From an uncultured Anaerolineales bacterium (GTDB taxonomy: Bacteria; Planctomycetota; Phycisphaerae; FEN-1346), in contig CAYWVR010000001.1 of NCBI GenBank assembly GCA_964461715.1, forward strand, positions 14,400-78,399: 64,000 nucleotides of DNA, read 5' to 3'. Numbering within the stretch: position 1 is the first letter of the stretch; each line of letters starts with the position of its first letter. The notes under the pieces are model-generated. The model saw only the letters and a list, made by a program, of their open reading frames with translations. It made no database searches and was not told the DNA's origin. Positions 57,536 to 64,000 of the stretch are shown here, piece after piece. A program made the position numbers and the translations under genes.

Positions 57536-58024
57536 ATGGCGAGATCCGTCCCGGGCCAGGGCTTGGCGCTGATCGTTTTCCTGCTGGTGGTCGGCCTGGC
57601 GGCGATGACGGGGGGAATCCTGACGTCGGCGGGCGTGGGGTCGTGGTACCAGGAAATCATGAAGCCCCCCTGGACGCCGCCCGACTGGGTCTTCGCCCCG
57701 GTGTGGACGGTGCTGTACGTAATGATGGCCGTGGCGGCGTGGCTCGTCTGGCGGGCCGAGGCGCCGCGGCGGCTGCGGGGATGGGCGCTGGGGCTTTGGG
57801 GGCTTCCGCTCGTCCTCAACGTGGCCTGGTCGGGGCTCTTTTTCTACCTGCGGATGCCGGGGGCGGCCTTTGCCGAGGTCGTGGTCCTCTGGGCGGCCAT
57901 CCTCGCGACCACCGCCGCCTTCTGGCGGGTCACGATCCTCGCCGGGGTCCTCTTCCTCCCCTACCTCGCCTGGACGACCTTCGCTGCCGTCTTGAATTTC
58001 GTGATCTGGCGCATAAATATCTAG
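57536..58024 (+). CDS. tspO: TspO/MBR tryptophan-rich sensory protein
   Basis: Five TM helices with WYQEIMKPPWTPPDWVFAPVWTVLYVMMAVAAW. Confidence 0.85.
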   Translation: MARSVPGQGLALIVFLLVVGLAAMTGGILTSAGVGSWYQEIMKPPWTPPDWVFAPVWTVLYVMMAVAAWLVWRAEAPRRLRGWALGLWGLPLVLNVAWSGLFFYLRMPGAAFAEVVVLWAAILATTAAFWRVTILAGVLFLPYLAWTTFAAVLNFVIWRINI

Positions 58025-58083
58025 TGTTGCTGAGGCCCAGGGCTTGGAGGCCCCGGGGCGTGAAGGGGCGCCCCTTGTAACTC

Positions 58084-59076
58084 ATGCCACGCCGGATTAT
58101 CCTGGCCCGCATGCCCGACCACGACGATCTCGCCCCGGACGCCCTCCGCGACGCGGTGCTTGCGCACCTTGAGAGCGACGCGGAGATCACCGCTTTCGAG
58201 CCCATCCCGACCGGCAAGTTCAACACCTCCTGGACCGTCTCCACGGAGGAGGGCGACTACGTCCTCCGTGTCGCCCCGCCGGACGACGCCGTCTACCTTT
58301 TCTACGAGCGGCGGATGATGCACCAGGAGCCCGATCTGCACCGGCTCCTCCGGGCCGAGACGAACGTGCCCGTGGCCGAGATCGTCGCCTTTGACGCCGG
58401 CCGGACGCTCCTGCCGCGCGACTTCCTCCTCATGGAGCGGCTGCCCGGACGGGCCCTGGCCGAGGCCCCGGCCCTCGACCACGACCGCGTCCTCTGGCAG
58501 ACGGGGGAGTGCCTGGCCCAGGTCCATCGCCTGACGGCCGACCGGTACGGATACCTCGGGGCCCACCGGCCCATGGCGCCGCAACCGACGTGGGCCGAAG
58601 CCTTCCGCGTCATGTGGTCGAAACTCCTGGCCGACGTGGCGGACGCCGGCTTCTACGGCGCGGCGACGGTCCGGCGCATGGAGGCTCTGCTGGAGGAACG
58701 GCTCGACCTCTTCGCCGACCGGGGCCCCGCGCGGCTGCTGCACATGGACATCTGGAGCCAAAACCTGCTGGTCGACGCGTCCGGCGATCTGACGGGCATC
58801 GTCGACTGGGACCGGGCCCTCTGGGGCGACCCGGAGATCGAGTTCGCCGTGCTTGATTACTGCGGCGTCTCGGAGCCGGCCTTCTGGTCGGGTTACGGCG
58901 CCGAGCGCGATGCCTCGCCCGAGGCGGGCGTCCGCCGCGTCTTCTATCTCCTCTACGAGATCCAGAAATACATCGTCATCCGCGCCGGCCGAAGCGGCGA
59001 TCGCGCCGCCGCCGACCGCTACGCCCGCCAATCGCTCGGCATCGCCGAGCGGGCCTTTGGATGTGCCCTCGCATGA
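58084..59076 (+). CDS. Aminoglycoside/phosphotransferase (APH) family kinase-like protein
   Basis: HMDIWSQNLLVD catalytic loop and IVDWDRALWGDPEIEFA. Confidence 0.75.
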   Translation: MPRRIILARMPDHDDLAPDALRDAVLAHLESDAEITAFEPIPTGKFNTSWTVSTEEGDYVLRVAPPDDAVYLFYERRMMHQEPDLHRLLRAETNVPVAEIVAFDAGRTLLPRDFLLMERLPGRALAEAPALDHDRVLWQTGECLAQVHRLTADRYGYLGAHRPMAPQPTWAEAFRVMWSKLLADVADAGFYGAATVRRMEALLEERLDLFADRGPARLLHMDIWSQNLLVDASGDLTGIVDWDRALWGDPEIEFAVLDYCGVSEPAFWSGYGAERDASPEAGVRRVFYLLYEIQKYIVIRAGRSGDRAAADRYARQSLGIAERAFGCALA

Positions 59077-59354
59077 GCCGCCGCCCGAACCTGCTCTTCG
59101 TCTTTGCCGACCAGATGCGGGCCATGAAGATCGGCGGGCCGCCCCCGCCCGGGCCGCACACGCCCGTCCTCGACCGCCTCGCCGCCGAGGCCGACCTTCG
59201 GACCGGCCTGGACGAGCCGCTCGACCGCACGTTGGAGGACGCCGGCGATGCCTTCCGGCCGCGGGACGCGCGGAAGCGCGCCCTCGGCCTTGTCGACCTC
59301 TGGAACGCGCGGGAGCTGCTGAGGCACGGCGAGTTCTCGCGTCTCGTGCTATAA
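59073..59354 (+). pseudogene. Truncated sulfatase N-terminal remnant
   Basis: MSRRPNLLFVFADQMRA...HTPVLDRLAAEA matches the sulfatase N-terminus (catalytic Cys/Ser box absent). The ORF ends after 93 aa. Confidence 0.45.
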
Positions 59355-59384
59355 TCCCACCACGCCCGAAGCAAAGGGAGACCC

Positions 59385-62072
59385 ATGCCGAAGCGCCTGA
59401 CCGTCCACGTCCTCAGCCACACCCATTGGGACCGCGAGTGGTACCAGCCCTTCCAGAGCTACCGCAAACGGCTCCTTTTCCAGACCGGCAAGCTCCTGGA
59501 CCTGCTCGAGTCGAAGCCCGCCTATAAGCACTTCCACTTCGACGGGCAGACGGCGCTCCTGGAGGACCACCTCGCCGTCCGCCCGCAGGACCGGCCGCGC
59601 CTCGAGCGCCTCATCCACGCGGGGCGCATCCTCGTCGGCCCGTGGTACGTCATGCCCGACGAACTGCTCCTTTCGGGTGAAAGCCTCGTGCGGAACCTGA
59701 TGCGCGGGACGCGCTTGGCCCGCGACTTCGGCGGCCGGCCCATGTCGTGCGGCTATGCCGTCGATGTCTTCGGCCACGTGTCCCAGCTCCCGCAGATTCT
59801 CGCGGGCTTCGGGATCACCGCGGCCATGCTCCATCGCGGCACGAGCGGTCACGAGGAGCAGGCCGAGATGAGCTGGGTCGGGGCCGACGGCACGCGGTGC
59901 CTGCTCCTGAAGGTCCATCTCTGGTCGGGCTACAACGACTTCATCAGCCTGACTCGGTGGGACAAGTTCGACCTGCCGGAGTACGAGCGGCAGAAGCTCG
60001 AGTTCGCCTCCTCGACCGTCGCCTTCGCCCTTGACGGCAACGACCACGCCCCCGCCGATCCCGAGGTGCCCGAGCTGATCCGCGACCTCAACCAACGAAG
60101 CCGGGATTTGCGGTTCGTCCATTCCTCGATGCCCAAGTTCCTGCGGGCCGTCCGCAAGGCCATGGGGGCCCGGTGGTGGCAGGGGCGAAAAAGACTTCGC
60201 GGCGAGCTGCGAAGCCCCGCCCGCCAAGGCATGCACAACCAGAGCTTCAACGGCATCGGCTCCTCGCGGCCGTACCTGAAGCAGTGGAACACGCGGATCG
60301 AGACGATGCTGACGCAGTGGGCCGAGCCCTTCCACGGGTTCGCCCGCACTCTCGGCGCGGACGACCAGGCCGCCTTCCTCGACCTTGCGTGGCGGTACCT
60401 CCTCTTGAACCACCCGCACGATTCGATCGTCGGCTGCTCCGTCGACGACGTCCATCGCGACATGCTCTACCGGTTCCGCCAGGCGTGGCATCTCACGCGC
60501 GACGCGACGAACGAGAGCCTCCTGGCCCTTGCGGGCGCCGCCGACACGGCCTCCCTCCCGCGCGGCGAGCCGGCCCTTGTCCTCTTCCGGGCCGCCCCCT
60601 CCGGCGACCCCGTGACCGTCGTCGATGTCGACGTTCCCCGCGACGTGGCCGCGGCGGCCCGCGACGAGGGCCTCCTGCCGCGCGTTTTTGACGAGCGGGG
60701 CGAGGCCCTGGCGGCCCAGCTCGTCGAGGTCCGGGAGAAGGCGCCGCCCGCGTTCCCGATGAAGAAGACCCTCTCCCCGCGGCCCATCTACGGGAATCCG
60801 GCCGGGCGTCCCGGGGCCGCCGGGCCGGTCGACCGCCTGCGGATGGCCGTCGAAGCACCGGCACCGGCGTACGGGTACCGCGCCCTCGGCTTCGGTTTCG
60901 CGGAGGGCGACGGGCCGGCGCCGGTGGAGACGGTCGCCGTCGGCGATAGGTCGATGGAGAACGCCCACCTGCGCGTCACGGTCCGACCCGACGGACGGTG
61001 GGACCTCGCGGACAAGGCGCGCGGCATAACGTACCGTGGCTTGGGGGGCCTGGAGGACGCCGAGGACGCGGGCCATGGGTGGAACTTCATTCCGCCCGGC
61101 TCGGACCGGGACGGGTTCGACTTCCGTCCGGCCCGGGTGGAGACGACCCTGAGCCGCGGCGCGAAGGCCCGCGTCCGCGGGGGGCCGGCAGGGCCGCTTT
61201 ACGCGTCCCTCGAGATTCGCTTCGACTGGCGCGTGCCGGACCACAGCCCCGGCGCCCGCCGCGGGCGCATGGCGACGCTGGCCGTCACGACAACGCTCGC
61301 GCTCGCTGCCGGATCGCCCGCCCTCATGGTCCGGACGGTGATCGCGAACACGGCGTCGCGGCACCGGGTGCGGGTCCGGTTCCCGACGAAGATCGACGCG
61401 TCGAGCTACTTCGCTGACACCGCCTACGACCTCGTCGAGCGGCCCGTCCGAGTGCCCGACACGCGCCGGTGGAAGGAGCACGCGTTCCCGTGGGGGCCGA
61501 TGAAGGGCGTCCTCGCGATGCACGACGGGCGGCGAGGGCTGGCGATCCTGACGCGGGGTCTCCAGGAGGGCGGCGTGGAGGACACCGCCAGGCGGACGAT
61601 GACCCTCACGCTCTTCCGGAGCTTTATCGAGCGGATCGGCGGCACGGAAACGGTCGACAGCCGCCTCCTCGGCGATGTCGCGAGCGAGTACGCCCTCGTG
61701 CCCTTCGCGCCCGACGCCGGATGGCAGGCGGGACTCCTTACGCGATGCCGCCATCTCAACGCCCCGGAGCGAGCCATTCTCATCGACAAAGCGCCGGGCG
61801 ACGAGCCGACCGCGCGCAGTTTCCTCGAACTCGACGGGCCCGTCGTCGTCGAGGCCGTCAAGGCGGACGAGGATGGAAAGGGCCGCCGCGTCGTCCGCCT
61901 CCTCAACCCGTCCGAGGAGAAGGTGACCGCGCGCGTGCGGCTCGCCGGCGCGGGCGGCAAGGCGTGGCAGGCCCGGCTCGACGAGACGCACCGGCGCCCG
62001 CTTCGCGTCCGCAAGGACGGGGCTGTTACCGTCCGCCTGAAGCCCAAGGAAGTCGCGACGGTCATCCTCTAA
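59385..62072 (+). CDS. Glycoside hydrolase family 38 alpha-mannosidase
   Basis: VHVLSHTHWDREWYQPF N-terminal metal-binding motif, GPWYVMPDE, and full GH38 length. Confidence 0.85.
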   Translation: MPKRLTVHVLSHTHWDREWYQPFQSYRKRLLFQTGKLLDLLESKPAYKHFHFDGQTALLEDHLAVRPQDRPRLERLIHAGRILVGPWYVMPDELLLSGESLVRNLMRGTRLARDFGGRPMSCGYAVDVFGHVSQLPQILAGFGITAAMLHRGTSGHEEQAEMSWVGADGTRCLLLKVHLWSGYNDFISLTRWDKFDLPEYERQKLEFASSTVAFALDGNDHAPADPEVPELIRDLNQRSRDLRFVHSSMPKFLRAVRKAMGARWWQGRKRLRGELRSPARQGMHNQSFNGIGSSRPYLKQWNTRIETMLTQWAEPFHGFARTLGADDQAAFLDLAWRYLLLNHPHDSIVGCSVDDVHRDMLYRFRQAWHLTRDATNESLLALAGAADTASLPRGEPALVLFRAAPSGDPVTVVDVDVPRDVAAAARDEGLLPRVFDERGEALAAQLVEVREKAPPAFPMKKTLSPRPIYGNPAGRPGAAGPVDRLRMAVEAPAPAYGYRALGFGFAEGDGPAPVETVAVGDRSMENAHLRVTVRPDGRWDLADKARGITYRGLGGLEDAEDAGHGWNFIPPGSDRDGFDFRPARVETTLSRGAKARVRGGPAGPLYASLEIRFDWRVPDHSPGARRGRMATLAVTTTLALAAGSPALMVRTVIANTASRHRVRVRFPTKIDASSYFADTAYDLVERPVRVPDTRRWKEHAFPWGPMKGVLAMHDGRRGLAILTRGLQEGGVEDTARRTMTLTLFRSFIERIGGTETVDSRLLGDVASEYALVPFAPDAGWQAGLLTRCRHLNAPERAILIDKAPGDEPTARSFLELDGPVVVEAVKADEDGKGRRVVRLLNPSEEKVTARVRLAGAGGKAWQARLDETHRRPLRVRKDGAVTVRLKPKEVATVIL

Positions 62073-63406
62073 GGCTCGCCGGCCGGCTTGAACCCATCGA
62101 GGCCCGGCCAGGGCTTCGTGAGGAGCACGTCGGCGGGCACGACCTGCCGGTCGATGCCAGGACCGCTCCAGGAGAGGGTGATCTCGCCGCCGGCGCTGCG
62201 GTTGTAGAACTCGACGACCAGCTCGTGGAGTCCTTCCTCAAGCGTCCCCTCCGCCTTCTTCTCCGTCGGCCCGTGGTCGGACCAGTCGTTGATCAGGGTC
62301 CGGCCGTCGATCTTCAGGCGCTGGCCGTCGTCGGAGACGGAGTAGAAGGTGTACGTGCCCGGCCGGTCGATCCGAAGAAAGCCCGTCCAGCGGACCGAGA
62401 TGTTCTCTTCGCGCCCGCCGGGGAAGGGCGACGCGCTCGTGTGGAAGCGGACGCCGCGGTCGAGTCGCTCGAGAACAAGGTTCCCGAAGTCGGTCCCCTC
62501 GAAGTACTGCCCGTGCAGGCCGCGCGCCATAAGGTTGAGCTGCGGGGCCCGGGCCATGGCCCACGCGGCGGCGGCGGGGTCGCCGGAGGCCAGGGCCGCC
62601 TGGATCGTTCCGTGGACGAAGTCGAAGGCCCCCGGGTCGCCCGCGAGGCGTCCGAAGCGCTCGGCGTCGCCTCCCGCGGCCCGGCCGACGGCCCCCGCGA
62701 GGATGCCGACGAGCCGGCGCTGCGTCTCGCCCTCGGTGGCGCGGGCCCGGGCGAGGATCTCGGCCACGATCGTCCCGTGCGACTCATCCAGCACGCGGCC
62801 GAGGGCGGCGGCGAGGGTCTCGACAAGGGGGTCCCGGGGGTTCGCCAGGAGGCGCTCCCAGAGGTCGGGCGCGGCCGGCGCGTGGTCGATCTCGGCCAGC
62901 GTGCCGGCGGCCCGGGCGGCGACGGGCGGGGCGGCCTCGCGGACGGCTTTGCGGAGGTAAAGCGCCCCGACATCGCCGGCCTGGCGGAGCTCGCGGCGGG
63001 CGATGGCGACCACGGCCGGGTCGTCGGAGGCCAGCTTCCGGACGGCGTAGGGCAACCCGACCGCCTCCTGCTTCGCCTCCTTGAGACGAGCGACGAGGGC
63101 GTCCAGCTCGCGGCGCCGGGGGTGGGTGCGGAACTCGGACCGCGCCTCGCGGGCGGCGTTATGGGCTTCGTTCAGATCGGCGGCCTGCTCGAGCGCGGCG
63201 ACGCGGATAAGGGCGGCCTCGAGGTCGGCCGGCGGCTGGGAGGGCGAAGGGAGCGGCGGCTCCGGCTCGGGAGGGGGAGGCGCAGGGTCGGGTGCGGGGG
63301 ACGTCTCCTGGGCGGAAGACGGCGGCTTTGGCGCGGGCGCGGGGTCTTCGGCGCAGCCCCCGACCAGGAGCGCGGCAAGGACGAGAAGGACGGCGGCGCG
63401 GATCAT
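62069..63406 (-). CDS. Lipoprotein with Pro-rich linker, helical repeat region and C-terminal PA14 domain
   Basis: Lipobox LLVGGCA. PA14-like region: GLHGQYFEGTDFGNLV...VRWTGFLRIDRPGTYTFYSVSDDGQRLKIDG. Confidence 0.65.
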   Translation of the reverse strand: MIRAAVLLVLAALLVGGCAEDPAPAPKPPSSAQETSPAPDPAPPPPEPEPPLPSPSQPPADLEAALIRVAALEQAADLNEAHNAAREARSEFRTHPRRRELDALVARLKEAKQEAVGLPYAVRKLASDDPAVVAIARRELRQAGDVGALYLRKAVREAAPPVAARAAGTLAEIDHAPAAPDLWERLLANPRDPLVETLAAALGRVLDESHGTIVAEILARARATEGETQRRLVGILAGAVGRAAGGDAERFGRLAGDPGAFDFVHGTIQAALASGDPAAAAWAMARAPQLNLMARGLHGQYFEGTDFGNLVLERLDRGVRFHTSASPFPGGREENISVRWTGFLRIDRPGTYTFYSVSDDGQRLKIDGRTLINDWSDHGPTEKKAEGTLEEGLHELVVEFYNRSAGGEITLSWSGPGIDRQVVPADVLLTKPWPGLDGFKPAGEP

Positions 63407-64000
63407 GGCGCGGCCCTCGGAGAGCTGCGGTAGAGACGGGCCATCTCCTCCGGCGTCAGGGCCCGGCGGTAGACCCGCAGGTCGTCCATCATCCCGTCGT
63501 AATGGGCGTCGTTGGTGGTCTCCCAGTTGCTTTCGCCGATCAGGTTGCTTGTGCGGACGACGTCGCGCGGGATGCTGGTCTTCCCCCCGCCGAGTTTCTT
63601 GCCGCCGACGTACATGGCGACGTTGCCCTCGGCATCAGCGGTGCCCGCGAGGTGCTGCCACGTCTCGGTCTTCAGGGTGTCCGGGGCGGTGTTGATGCCG
63701 CCGGTCCGCTCGTCCTCGGCGTAGACGTAGAAGGTCAGGTCGTCGGAGCTGCTCTCGCGGGCCAGGACGATGTTATCCTCGCCGGCCCCGTTGCCGAAGT
63801 CCACGAAGCGGGCCCAGTTGCCGGGCTTCTCGAGGCGGGCCCAGACGGAGACGGTCACGCCCTCCGGGAAGCTCTTGAACCCCTCGGGCAGGCGGAGGGC
63901 ATCGTCGACGCCGTCGAAGCGGACGGCCGGGCCGGTTTCGGTCTCGACGAGCGTGGGACGCTTCTTCGGATCGTCCTGGGTGGCGTCGACGCCCGCCGGG
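63403..64000 (-). CDS. Concanavalin-A-like lectin/LamG domain protein, C-terminal part (5' end outside window)
   Basis: LamG-like motif: DLTFYV...NVAMYVGG...DGMMDDLRVYRRALTPEEMARLY. Confidence 0.6.
   Translation of the reverse strand, partial: PAGVDATQDDPKKRPTLVETETGPAVRFDGVDDALRLPEGFKSFPEGVTVSVWARLEKPGNWARFVDFGNGAGEDNIVLARESSSDDLTFYVYAEDERTGGINTAPDTLKTETWQHLAGTADAEGNVAMYVGGKKLGGGKTSIPRDVVRTSNLIGESNWETTNDAHYDGMMDDLRVYRRALTPEEMARLYRSSPRAAP

Noticed and set aside
63241-63300. Apparent DNA tandem repeat (gagggggagg / gggtcgggtg runs)
   Set aside because: It encodes the Pro/Glu-rich low-complexity linker (PAPPPPEPEPPLPSPS) of the PA14 lipoprotein rather than a non-coding repeat.
59349-63433. 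Long ORFs 59349-61991 (-) and 61469-63433 (+), antisense to GH38 and the PA14 lipoprotein
   Set aside because: The GH38 gene (HSHTHWDREW) and the PA14 domain are clearly on the opposite strands. The antisense products lack motifs.

Overview
This is a high-GC (~70%) bacterial chromosomal window with densely packed, often overlapping genes. Several lines of evidence point to Planctomycetota (possibly Phycisphaerae-like): a prepilin-leader plus H-X9-DG/DUF1559-type protein, lipoproteins, many CAZymes, and a dcw cluster with no ftsA/ftsZ. Gene content, 5' to 3': (1) A peptidoglycan/division (dcw) block, mraY(partial)-ftsW-murG-murC-murB-ddl-ftsQ. It lacks murD between mraY and ftsW. Where ftsA/ftsZ would sit there is instead a polytopic membrane protein. 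(2) Housekeeping genes follow: an LpxL-like acyltransferase, queA, a UDP-sugar pyrophosphorylase, a DUF1559 protein, an FGGY sugar kinase, and a sugar ABC importer with a fused binding-protein/permease polypeptide. (3) The main find is a ~10 kb minus-strand operon encoding a type-II-FAS-like core together with a GH3-family acyl-acid amido synthetase, a DUF1638 protein and an O-methyltransferase-like enzyme. The core comprises an active KS, a KS-like partner lacking one catalytic His, two FabZ-type dehydratases, an elongated ACP, an alpha/beta hydrolase and a PLP aminotransferase. Several of these genes are translationally coupled by ATGA/TGATG overlaps. I interpret it as a candidate undescribed lipid/polyene-type specialised-metabolite pathway. 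(4) The remainder is a mixed envelope/carbohydrate region: GH10 xylanase, nfo, an M16 peptidase, an ECF sigma/anti-sigma/YbjQ operon, a GT9 heptosyltransferase-like gene, mnmA, a GH94 phosphorylase, ferritin, a beta-helix protein, MoxR plus a tandem DUF4159-like protein, an FlgM-like protein, DUF1570, an RmlC-like cupin, TspO, an APH-family kinase, GH38 alpha-mannosidase, and PA14 and LamG-like lipoproteins. There are also two decayed gene remnants (a glycoside-hydrolase C-terminus split across two frames, and a sulfatase N-terminus) and an unusually long (~750 bp) repeat-containing non-coding region. I found no rRNA, tRNA, CRISPR arrays or recognisable transposases. Many long ORFs in the six-frame track are antisense artefacts of the high GC content and were ignored.
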